DNA of 64,000 nt from an uncultured delta proteobacterium (lineage in GTDB: Bacteria > Desulfobacterota > Desulfomonilia > UBA1062). This document shows positions 11,963 to 23,670 of this stretch, in pieces; positions within the stretch are counted from its first letter, which is position 1; every line of letters starts with the position of its first letter. The notes under the pieces are model-generated. The model did not search any database. It was not told the DNA's origin and saw only the letters and a list, made by a program, of their open reading frames with translations. The position numbers and the translations under genes are program-made. Location: assembly GCA_963752595.1 (NCBI GenBank), contig CAVVYZ010000009.1, positions 1-64,000 of the forward strand. Reading direction: 5' to 3'.

Positions 11963-12131
11963 AATAGGTATTAAAACCGGAGCATGTCAGAATAATTGGT
12001 AGCCAAGGCTTGAAAATTTCGGCAATATCTCCGGGTGCTGACAGACGAAAGGTGTATGTATGAACAAGAAGGCCATATCCGTCAGTCTGCAGAGGAAGCA
12101 TGGGACAGAAAGTGCATAACGAGAAAGAGGG

Positions 12132-13211
12132 ATGAAGCCGGTGAAAGCACGTGTCATGGTCGGCCTGAGCGGTGGAGTGGATTCTGCGGTTGCAGCATGC
12201 CTGCTGAAGGATCAAGGGTATGAGGTGGCCGGCGTCACCATGTGCTTAGGCGTAGCGACACCCGAGACAGGCAAGGTCCGCTGCTGTGGTCCAAGGGAGA
12301 TCGAAGACGCCAAACGCGTGTGTCTTGCCCTCGACATCAGCCATTATGTCCTTGATTTTGCGACTGAGCTCAACCGCTTTGTCATCGAGCCGTTCATCAA
12401 TGAATACCGCACGGGCAGGACCCCGAACCCCTGTGTGGAGTGCAACAGGCACATAAAGTTCGGAGCCCTCCTCTGCATATCCTTGTCCATGGGGTTCGAC
12501 GTCCTCGCAACCGGCCACTATGCAGGTATAAAAAAGGAAGGCGGCGCCTTCCGCCTGGTAACACCCAAGGATACCCGAAAGGACCAGACCTACTTTCTCT
12601 CGGGCATCCCGCGGGAATCGCTTGACCGTGTGGTCTTTCCGCTCTCAGGCCTCACGAAGGGTGAGGTCAGGGAAATAGCGCAAAAGCAGGGCCTGCCCGT
12701 CTCGTCGAAAGCGGAAAGCCAGGACATCTGCTTTATCCCGGAAGGCGGGACCGAGAGATTTTTGAAAGAAAAGATCGATGCGCTTCCCGGGGACATCGTC
12801 GACCCACAAGGAAACGTTATCGGCCGCCACAGAGGCATCGCCTTCTACACCATCGGCCAGCGGGCAAAGCTTGGGCTCAACCGGGGCAAGCCGCTGTACG
12901 TAATCGCAAAAGATATTTCCCGCAACAGGATCGTTGCAGGTGAAAGGGAACTGCTCCTTTCAAGGGGGCTTATAGCTGATTCCGTGAATATCCTCGTCGA
13001 TAGCCTCCCGGAAAAGGCATACGCGAAGATCCGGTACGCCCATACCCCTGCCCCATGCAGCATCTCGCCGAAAGGCGGCGAGATGGCCGTTCTGTTCGAC
13101 GAGCCCCAGGAGGCCGTTACCCCGGGGCAGACCGTTGCCCTGTACGACAACGGCACGGTGCTGGCTTCAGGCATCATCAAAGAGGTACTCCATACGCATG
13201 AACCATCTTGA
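12132..13211 (+). CDS. mnmA: tRNA U34 2-thiouridylase MnmA
   Basis: PP-loop LSGGVDS, RCC, GRTPNPCVECN, ATGHYA, KDQTYFL, ESQDICF, YTIGQR, AVTPGQ. Confidence 0.95.
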   Translation: MKPVKARVMVGLSGGVDSAVAACLLKDQGYEVAGVTMCLGVATPETGKVRCCGPREIEDAKRVCLALDISHYVLDFATELNRFVIEPFINEYRTGRTPNPCVECNRHIKFGALLCISLSMGFDVLATGHYAGIKKEGGAFRLVTPKDTRKDQTYFLSGIPRESLDRVVFPLSGLTKGEVREIAQKQGLPVSSKAESQDICFIPEGGTERFLKEKIDALPGDIVDPQGNVIGRHRGIAFYTIGQRAKLGLNRGKPLYVIAKDISRNRIVAGERELLLSRGLIADSVNILVDSLPEKAYAKIRYAHTPAPCSISPKGGEMAVLFDEPQEAVTPGQTVALYDNGTVLASGIIKEVLHTHEPS

Positions 13212-14016
13212 AAAACTGGAGAAGCTTCAGAACCTTCTCCGATCGTTCGGCAGCTGCGCAGTCGCTTTCTCGGGCGGGGTGGACAGCACCCTGCTCCTGG
13301 AAGTCGTCCATGAGGTCTTGGGCGAGCGATGCCTTGCGGTTATCGCGGCCTCATCCACCTATCCCAGACGGGAATATGCCGAAGCGCTCAACTGGGTGCA
13401 GGGGAAAGCCATACCGCACCTCGTCATCGTCTCGGAGGAGCTCGACATCCCGGGCTTCTCGGGCAACCCTCCGGACCGCTGCTATTTCTGCAAAAGGGAA
13501 CTCTTCTCAAAAATCCTGGATTGTGCAAGGAAATCAGGCATCGCCATTGTCGCAGACGGAACCAACAGCGATGATACGGGCGACTTCAGGCCGGGGATGA
13601 GGGCCGCCCGGGAGCTCGGCATACGCAGCCCGCTGATGGAGTGCGGGCTTACCAAAGACGACATCCGGTGCATATCCCGCGAAGTATACCGCCTGCCCAC
13701 AGCCGGCAAGCAGGCAATGGCCTGCATGGCTTCCCGCATCCCCTACGGCTCCGCCATCACGCCAGAGAAACTCGGACAGGTTGAAGCCGTGGAGGATTTC
13801 CTGGCCGCAAACGGTTTTCATGTGTTCCGGGCACGGCATCACGGAGACGTGCTCCGGCTCGAGCTCGGCAAAGAAGAGATGCGCCTGGTCATGCAAGACG
13901 GGATGGCTGCCGGGATTATCGAGGCTGCCAGGAAAGCGGGCTTTGTCTATGTCACCATGGACCTCCAGGGTTTCCGCTCCGGCAGCATGAATGAAGTTTT
14001 TCACAAAGGACGGTAG
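13198..14016 (+). CDS. larE: LarE-family ATP-dependent sulfur transferase
   Basis: AFSGGVDS, RCYFCK, DGTNSDD..RPG, ACMASRIPYG, C-terminal DLQGFRSGSMN; overlaps the mnmA stop. Confidence 0.92.
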   Translation: MNHLEKLEKLQNLLRSFGSCAVAFSGGVDSTLLLEVVHEVLGERCLAVIAASSTYPRREYAEALNWVQGKAIPHLVIVSEELDIPGFSGNPPDRCYFCKRELFSKILDCARKSGIAIVADGTNSDDTGDFRPGMRAARELGIRSPLMECGLTKDDIRCISREVYRLPTAGKQAMACMASRIPYGSAITPEKLGQVEAVEDFLAANGFHVFRARHHGDVLRLELGKEEMRLVMQDGMAAGIIEAARKAGFVYVTMDLQGFRSGSMNEVFHKGR

Positions 14017-14432
14017 CCGTATGTGCCGGGCATTCCCGGAAGATCATTGACTTCGACATCGTGGTGATCGGAGATCTTAAAGGAACGTTTTCATCCTGAT
14101 CCTCCTTGAGGAAATACAAGCTTATCGCATCAAGCAAAGGTTGCCTAAGGTACGTACTTATTCATAATGCAGGCTCCTCATGAAAAATCATCAGAAGCCG
14201 ATCTACCCGAAGCCGGCATGCAGCCGCACAGGCAGTGATTGATATTGTTCTCCGTGTAATCCACTTGAGCCGTAGATACTCCCTCCTGACCCTTTTCATT
14301 ATAGTTGTAAGGAAGACTATTATATTTAATAATGCCCCATTATCGGATAATGAGTATCGTCCGTCAGCATGGTGCTAAAAAATCGAAGACCTTCGGCACG
14401 CATCCACAGGAGATCGATAGGCGGATTCTAAT

Positions 14433-14957
14433 ATGAACGAAGTTGCTCTTTTTACTGATGTCAGCCTTGACCCCGTGCGCAAGCACGGGGTCGGAGGGTA
14501 CTTTTCCGTCCCTGCTTCATTTCTCGCAGCATCCCCCCAAGACATGAAAAGATCTGACGTATCCGAACGGCTGATGCTGCGAAGATTTGAGAACACGTCT
14601 TCAACGAAACTGGAGGTCCAGACGGTCTTGTGGGCGCTCGAAGAGTATCGGAAAGAGCGAGAAGCCGCCGTGCCTGAAAAAATCCGGATCTATACGGATT
14701 CCCAATGCGTCGCAGGCCTTCTCAAAAGGAGACCGGGACTGGAGGCCGAGGGCTTCCTCTCCGGGAGGACGAATACCCTGCTGAAACATGCCTCTCTTTA
14801 CCGCAGGTTCTATGAACTGTTCGACGAGCTCGGGTTTGAAGTCATAAAGGTGGCAGGCCATACGCGATCAAGTTGCCGGGACACCGTCCACCGTATGTTC
14901 TCCTTTCTCGATAAAGAAGTGAGGAAGGCATTAGGCATCTGGACGGAGGAATCCTGA
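14433..14957 (+). CDS. Ribonuclease HI-like protein
   Basis: D-E-D-(H)-D pattern: LFTDVS, KLEVQT, IYTDSQ, KVAGH, FLDKEVR. Confidence 0.75.
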   Translation: MNEVALFTDVSLDPVRKHGVGGYFSVPASFLAASPQDMKRSDVSERLMLRRFENTSSTKLEVQTVLWALEEYRKEREAAVPEKIRIYTDSQCVAGLLKRRPGLEAEGFLSGRTNTLLKHASLYRRFYELFDELGFEVIKVAGHTRSSCRDTVHRMFSFLDKEVRKALGIWTEES

Positions 14958-15095
14958 TCCGGCAACTCCTTGCACCACATGACGATGATCTGCGCAAGAC
15001 CTGCATCCCCTTTTGCATGATGCAGAGGCGCAGCCCCTTACTTTGCATGCTCCACTGATGCCGGAGGCAAAGTACAGCTGCATGCATTGCCAAGA

Positions 15096-15908
15096 CTACA
15101 GAGAATTGCTGCTGTAGCGGTGCAGAGCCTGGAGCAAGGCGGCATCCAGGAGCTTGGCTATCTCTGTGGCGGGTACGACCATGGCGAACTTTCCCCCTGT
15201 CTTGTCATAGACAACACCGTGGATAAGGCCCACCAGGCTTACGCCCTCCCGAACGGTCATATTCTTCCCGTCGAAGAATGACCTTCCGATATCGAAGACC
15301 GGGCCTCCGCTCAACCCGCTCGTGCTTGGACTCTGCAGGAGGATAAACGTCGCCATTTTATTTGTATCGAAACGCTCCATCGACACGAATCCGGATGCCG
15401 CATGCGTCTCGAGCGACAAAGGCGATACGAAGCCTGTGGTACCAAGAGAAAGCGGATACCCCATGGCCATGAGGGAAAAATCCCGCGACGGAGGCAGCGG
15501 ACGGGCCGTGATGAGGTCTGCAGAGATGCAGCGGCTGAGGATCTGTTTGCTTTTTTCCAGGTTATTCGTATCGAGAAGGATCAGAGCGACATCCGCCGTG
15601 GACGAGGTATACCATTTCACCCCCTGCATCTTGTCCGTTATGGCCTTCCCTCCGCTGCCGGGCATGATCAATTTAAAGTTCGTCCCAATATTGTTGGCAA
15701 CGTGACATGCGGTGATCAAGAACGGCTTATTGCCTTTATTAACTAAAAATCCTGAACCATTGTTCGCCTGTTTTCCGGCCGGGACGTCCTGAGAGAGAAA
15801 GACAACACACGGTGCAACGTCATCGGTAACGCCGGCCCACACAGGCGAGAAGGCTGCAAACAAGCTAACCACGAAAACAATACCCACCATGATTCGAGCA
15901 TTCTTCAT
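15096..15908 (-). CDS. Secreted trypsin-like serine protease
   Basis: Signal peptide; GSGFLV, ITACHV (His), DVAL (Asp), GLSGGPV (Ser). Confidence 0.85.
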   Translation of the reverse strand: MKNARIMVGIVFVVSLFAAFSPVWAGVTDDVAPCVVFLSQDVPAGKQANNGSGFLVNKGNKPFLITACHVANNIGTNFKLIMPGSGGKAITDKMQGVKWYTSSTADVALILLDTNNLEKSKQILSRCISADLITARPLPPSRDFSLMAMGYPLSLGTTGFVSPLSLETHAASGFVSMERFDTNKMATFILLQSPSTSGLSGGPVFDIGRSFFDGKNMTVREGVSLVGLIHGVVYDKTGGKFAMVVPATEIAKLLDAALLQALHRYSSNSL

Positions 15909-16409
15909 AGGTTGTATACTCCTTAAGCATAGCGAGTCAGCGAACGAATAAACCGAGACTTTAAAAATGATCGGCCCGCTATGATCGAATCGCTGAACTC
16001 GTTTGGACTAACTGATAAAAACCAGATATCCCCTTATAAACCTCTTTCGAAACCACGCCCTGTCGAAATGCCCGTCAAGCGCCTACCCAGGTCCGATCGT
16101 GTACGGCTCGCGGCTGCTTGTTTTTCACTGATTGACTTTTTACCGAATAAAAAAGGACATTTTGTCGGGGTTTCTTTTTTCCTTTATGTCTATCCGCTTG
16201 TGCCTCTGATAAAATGTCTTCTCGTATTATTTTTAGATTCTGTCCGTTTGCAAGGTAAACAGCCGTCTTCTTGTACAGAAGGTGATTCCTTCTATGCCTC
16301 GTTTTCCCGGGCCAGTCAATACCAACATGACACATCCCTTCTGATAGAACCTGGGATGGCCTCGAATATTTCACCGCCCGGCATGACATATCGATTGTAT
16401 CACCGGGAC

Positions 16410-16445
16410 TTGACAAAAGGTTTTATAGTTGTATAATACAACTAT
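16410..16445 (+). promoter_or_regulatory. Sigma70-type promoter overlapped by a perfect 21-bp palindromic operator; probably leaderless transcript
   Basis: TTGACA 16410-16415, 16-nt spacer, TATAAT 16432-16437. ATAGTTGTAT-A-ATACAACTAT at 16425-16445 covers the -10 box and the ATG at 16444. Confidence 0.85.
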
Positions 16446-16944
16446 GAACCAGAGAATACTTCATGGAGACAGGGAGATCCTTTCGATCATTTCAGAGCTG
16501 TCGAAAGCGGTACGGTGCTGCCGCCAGGATGAAGTATTCTGCGAAGACGTGACATTCACCCAGTTCATCGTCCTCGATACGATTGCCGGGAATGAGACGC
16601 TGGATATGGCGCGCCTGCACGAGATACTCGCGGTCGACAAGAGTACGACGACACGCCTTGTCGCTCCGCTCATCAGGGGGAACCTTGTCGCGAGGGAAAA
16701 GGCCGGCCATGATTTACGGGCAGCTACCTTGCGGTTGACCCCTGAGGGTAAAGAGGTCCATGGGAAGGTCTGGCAGTGCCTGATATCCTTTGTGCGCTCC
16801 ATCCAGGATGAGATCCCGGAGAACAAGCGGGAAGCCGCCCTGGAGGGGATCCGGATATTCCTGGGTGCCCTGCAGAAGACCTCGACCCTGCGGTGTGCGG
16901 AAGATGCCCGGTCAGGAGGCTGCAGATGCACGAACATTGTTTGA
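16444..16944 (+). CDS. Cys-rich MarR family transcriptional regulator
   Basis: VTFTQFIVL..LAVDKSTTTRLV..D.RA..LRLTPEG winged helix; 7 Cys (C25C26, C33, C-terminal GCRC). Confidence 0.9.
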   Translation: MNQRILHGDREILSIISELSKAVRCCRQDEVFCEDVTFTQFIVLDTIAGNETLDMARLHEILAVDKSTTTRLVAPLIRGNLVAREKAGHDLRAATLRLTPEGKEVHGKVWQCLISFVRSIQDEIPENKREAALEGIRIFLGALQKTSTLRCAEDARSGGCRCTNIV

Positions 16945-17041
16945 CAACCGATAATGCGCATTCATTTTCGTTTGCAGGAATACAGGGGAAACAAGGAAGC
17001 ATGTATCTATCGATGACAAAGAAGAACCATAAGGAGCATAC

Positions 17042-18202
17042 ATGACAGAACAGGATTGCTGCGGAGGGGGAAGGAATGCCCGGGTGATATTTCCCATGGC
17101 CCCTGTTTCCCCCTGCTCTCCGGAAAACGGGCAGCCTTCGACGAGCCCGGCCCGTCTTGATCAGCCTTTTATAGAAGGCTTCCTGGACAGCCCTTCGGGA
17201 AAGATCCCGCGTGTATCATCGGCACTCCGCACAGGAGACCGCCTGGGCACAATCAAGGCCCGAATCGGTGTGGGAAGGATGCACTATGCCGTTGACCCCG
17301 GCCTGTATGCCCTGGGGAACCCGGACGGGAATTCGCCGGTACTGGTAACGGCAAACTACAAAATGAGCTTCGACAGCCTCCGCGTGGCGCTTCCCGGAAG
17401 GAATGCCTGGATCCTCGTTCTTGATACAAAGGGAATCAATGTCTGGTGCGCTGCCGGAAAAGGAACGTTCGGGACCGAGGAGCTCGTCCTCCGCATTGCA
17501 GGTGTCGGGCTCAAAGATATCGTCACCCACCGGGATATCATCCTGCCCCAGCTCGGCGCTCCCGGAGTAGCGGCCCACCTGGTAAAAAAGCTTTCCGGGT
17601 TCAGGGTCCATTACGGGCCGATCCGCGCACAGGACCTTCCTGTCTATCTCGATGCAGGAATGAAAGCAACACCCGAGATGAGGGTGAAGACCTTCCCCTT
17701 AGAGGACAGGGCCGTCCTCATCCCCATCGAGCTCATTGCCGCCCTTAAAGCGGCCTTGATCATCATCCCCGTCATGTTCTTCCTGAGCGGCTTCATCGGT
17801 ACGGGCAGTTTTATCCGGAACCTCCTGGAAAGCGGGGTTTTCTCGGCAACCGCCATCCTGAGTGCCGTTTTTGCCGGGGCCGTGCTCGCACCGCTCCTTC
17901 TCCCCTACCTGCCGGGACGTGCCTTCGCCGCAAAGGGATTTTTCGTGGGCTTTCTTACAGCCCTGCTTTTAATCTCCCTGCAGGGCTTCGGCGTGCACTC
18001 CCTTTACGGGGCACTGGGAGGAAGCGCCTGGGTGTTGATGATCTCTGCAGTATCTGCATATCTGGCCATGAATTTTACCGGAGCCTCAACCTATACATCG
18101 CTCTCCGGTGTGAAGAGAGAGATGCGCTGGGCACTGCCCCTGGAGGTCGCTGCCGGAATATCCGGATTCGGCCTGTGGCTCTTATCCGGCTTTTTTGCTT
18201 AG
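17042..18202 (+). CDS. hgcA: Mercury methylation corrinoid protein HgcA
   Basis: Diagnostic cap helix INVWCAAGKGTFG; VTANYKMSFD, LPQLGAPGV; C-terminal TM domain ending NFTGASTYTSLSGV; RBS AGGAG. Confidence 0.97.
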   Translation: MTEQDCCGGGRNARVIFPMAPVSPCSPENGQPSTSPARLDQPFIEGFLDSPSGKIPRVSSALRTGDRLGTIKARIGVGRMHYAVDPGLYALGNPDGNSPVLVTANYKMSFDSLRVALPGRNAWILVLDTKGINVWCAAGKGTFGTEELVLRIAGVGLKDIVTHRDIILPQLGAPGVAAHLVKKLSGFRVHYGPIRAQDLPVYLDAGMKATPEMRVKTFPLEDRAVLIPIELIAALKAALIIIPVMFFLSGFIGTGSFIRNLLESGVFSATAILSAVFAGAVLAPLLLPYLPGRAFAAKGFFVGFLTALLLISLQGFGVHSLYGALGGSAWVLMISAVSAYLAMNFTGASTYTSLSGVKREMRWALPLEVAAGISGFGLWLLSGFFA

Positions 18203-18212
18203 GAGAATATAT

Positions 18213-18530
18213 ATGCGCAAGCTTTCATATCTGAAAAACGTTGCAACACTGAAGATCGATGAAACCAGCTGTACCGGATGCGGCGTATGCCTTGAGGTCT
18301 GCCCCCATGAGGTTCTCAGGATGAACGGTCGCCGCGTGCAGATTCAGGACAGGGACGCATGCATGGAGTGCGGGGCATGCAGCAGGAACTGCCCGGCCGC
18401 CGCAGTATCCGTCCAGGCCGGGGTAGGCTGCGCCGCTGCAGTCATAAACGGCATGCTTGGCCGTACCGGGGGAGGATGCTGCTGCTCTATCGATCCTGAA
18501 AACCCTTCCTCCCAGGGGTCATGCTGCTGA
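18213..18530 (+). CDS. hgcB: Mercury methylation ferredoxin HgcB
   Basis: Two CX2CX2CX3C motifs including CMECGAC, then GVGCA and a Cys-rich tail (CCC..CC); directly after hgcA. Confidence 0.96.
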   Translation: MRKLSYLKNVATLKIDETSCTGCGVCLEVCPHEVLRMNGRRVQIQDRDACMECGACSRNCPAAAVSVQAGVGCAAAVINGMLGRTGGGCCCSIDPENPSSQGSCC

Positions 18531-18592
18531 ACAGATATACGATCTCTTCTTCTAAACTCGATCCGGCTTAAAAATTTCCTGCGGAAATATTC

Positions 18593-18640
18593 TTGACAAC
18601 CTGCTCGCTTACGTTTAATTACTAGTTTATCGATAGTATT
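18593..18640 (+). promoter_or_regulatory. rrf2 operon promoter with AATTACTA-N9-TAGT box
   Basis: TTGACA 18593-18598; AATTACTA-gtttatcga-TAGTATT at 18617-18640. Confidence 0.65.
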
Positions 18641-18665
18641 AAAGGTGATTAAAAAGGGGTGCCAT

Positions 18666-19106
18666 ATGAAATTATCTACCCGTACCCGTTACGGCGTGAG
18701 GCTGATGCTGGAGCTTGCACGCAACAAAGGCAACGGACAGATCTTCCTCAAGGATATCGCCCGGGAAGAGGAAATCTCCGAAAAGTATTTAAGCCTCATC
18801 ATCATACCTCTGAAATCTGCAGGGCTTGTCAACTCAATGCGCGGGGCTCACGGCGGATATAACCTTGCTAAGGAGCCTTCCGACATTACTTTGAAAGAGA
18901 TCGTGGATGTTCTGGAAGGCGACACCTGCCTGGTGGATTGCGTAAAGAACTCGTCGACCTGCACCCGCTCTGAAACCTGCGCAAGCCGGGACCTCTGGAC
19001 CATTGTGAGCGATAACATCTCCCGGACTTTAGGCTCGGTGACTCTGGAAGACCTCGCGAGGATGAGCAGAGAGAAGAACGAAGCCGGCCTCATGTACCAG
19101 ATCTGA
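18666..19106 (+). CDS. Rrf2 family regulator (IscR/CymR-like) with C-terminal Cys residues
   Basis: MKLSTRTRYGVR, ISEKYL, S.RGAHGGY.LAK, CLVDC..TC....C..RDLW. Confidence 0.92.
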   Translation: MKLSTRTRYGVRLMLELARNKGNGQIFLKDIAREEEISEKYLSLIIIPLKSAGLVNSMRGAHGGYNLAKEPSDITLKEIVDVLEGDTCLVDCVKNSSTCTRSETCASRDLWTIVSDNISRTLGSVTLEDLARMSREKNEAGLMYQI

Positions 19107-19179
19107 AGAACCAACGGGAGAGGCGTGCTTAGGAAAGGGCGTCGAATATCCCGCGGCACAATCGTGAAAGGGTAAATGA

Positions 19180-20089
19180 ATGGACATACGCGAAGATATC
19201 AAAAAGCTTAAGCAGGATCGCAACGCCGTAATCCTTGCACACAACTACCAGCTGCCCGAGGTTCAGGATATCGCCGACTTCGTGGGGGACTCGCTTGGCC
19301 TGAGCATCCGGGCGGCAGGCACCGATGCGAAGGTGATCGTATTCTGCGGGGTTCACTTCATGGCAGAGACGGCCAAGATCCTCTCGCCCGACAAGACCGT
19401 TCTGTTGCCGGACCTGCATGCCGGGTGCCCCATGGCCGACATGATCACGGCCGAAGATATGAGGGAATTGAGGAAGCAGCACCCCGGGGCACAGTTCCTC
19501 TGCTATGTGAACACGAGCGCCGAGGTGAAGGCCGAGTGCGACCTGTGCTGCACATCTGCAAATGCCGAGAGCATGGTCAGGGACATCATGAAGAGCGGGC
19601 AAAAAGTCGTCTTCGTCCCGGACAAGCATCTCGCCGGCTATGCAGCGGATGCCACCGGCTGCGATATCATCCCCTGGAACGGCTTCTGCCCGACGCATGA
19701 CAGGATCGAAGCCGGGGACATCCTGAAGCAGAAAAAGCTTCACCCGGATGCCGTGGTCCTGGTACATCCCGAGTGCAGCGCAGAAGTGAGGAAGCCGGCG
19801 GACAAGATCGTCTCCACCGAGATCATGTGCCTGTATGCGCGCGACATGAAGACGGACGAGTTCATCATCTCAACCGAGATCGGCATCATCCATAGGCTGC
19901 AAAGCGAGAATCCGGGAAAACGGTTTCTATCCTGCCTCGGACGAGGCGATATGCCCCAACATGAAGCTCATTACCCTGGAGAAGATACGCTGGTCGCTCG
20001 AGGAGATGGAACACCGGATTACCCTGCCCCGCGAGACCATGCGCAGGGCGAGAAAATGCATTCGAAGGATGCTGGAATACAGGGCTTGA
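19180..20089 (+). CDS. nadA: Quinolinate synthase NadA (frameshift near 19935)
   Basis: LAHNYQ, GDSL, FCGVHFMAE, AGCPMA, YVNT, GFCPTH, HPEC; ICPNMK..LEYRA in the shifted frame. Confidence 0.92.
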
Positions 20090-20093
20090 GCTC

Positions 20094-22161
<2,068 letters not shown>

Positions 22162-22246
22162 AGATTACGGATCACGAGGGCAGGAGCGGTGAAGGCCCGC
22201 TATTCGCTGGTGATCGTAAAAACGTAACTCGTGAAAGGATAAAACG

Positions 22247-23168
<922 letters not shown>

Positions 23169-23269
23169 TAAGAGATAAAAAAAGGGAATCAGTGCCGGGC
23201 ACTGTCTTTCCCCGGGTCAGGTACTATAATAGTAAATACAGCAAGTTTTCATCTACGGAGGAACATACG

Positions 23270-23656
23270 TTGAAGAGATTCATGATCGTTGCGTTAATGG
23301 TTCTGATGGCAGGAACAGTCTATGCAAAGGCTATGGAAGTGACCAAGAAGGCAGGGGCCGACACCGTGACCGTGACATTACAAAATGATCCGCCCGTGAC
23401 CGGGGAAAACGGCATTACCATCCTCGTCAAGGATGCGGCAGGCAAGGCTGTGACCAATGCGGCCGTCACTATCGACTATGAGATGCCTGCCATGCCCGGG
23501 ATGCCGGCCATGCGGTACAAGGCGCTCACAACGCTCAAAGGTCAGGAATACACCGGCAAAGTGAATTTCTCCATGCCCGGCGCCTGGAATGTCAAGGTGA
23601 AGGTCAAGACCGGCAACAAGACCGACAGCATCAAGTTCAATACCGACGTGCATTAA
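23270..23656 (+). CDS. Periplasmic FixH/YtkA-like Met-rich protein (probable copper chaperone of the Cus-type pump)
   Basis: TTG start after GGAGG; signal peptide; MPAMPGMPAM and FSMPGAW motifs; first gene of the RND operon. Confidence 0.75.
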   Translation: MKRFMIVALMVLMAGTVYAKAMEVTKKAGADTVTVTLQNDPPVTGENGITILVKDAAGKAVTNAAVTIDYEMPAMPGMPAMRYKALTTLKGQEYTGKVNFSMPGAWNVKVKVKTGNKTDSIKFNTDVH

Positions 23657-23670
23657 AAAGGAATGGCCGT

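Noticed and set aside
15981-16436. ORFs 15981-16436 (+) and 16075-16416 (-) between the protease and marR
   Set aside because: AT-rich divergent promoter region; the translations have no recognisable motifs and overlap the marR promoter.
18522-18600. Selenocysteine read-through at the hgcB TGC-TGC-TGA end
   Set aside because: No convincing bacterial SECIS hairpin follows the TGA, and the read-through peptide has no recognisable features; a terminal CC is normal for HgcB.
23222-23234. TACTAT-A-ATAGTA palindrome upstream of the Cus-type operon as a metal-regulator site
   Set aside because: It is short, AT-only at the core and coincides with a TATAAT box; it does not fit the CsoR, CueR or CusR patterns I can recognise, nor the N9 spacing of the Rrf2 box.
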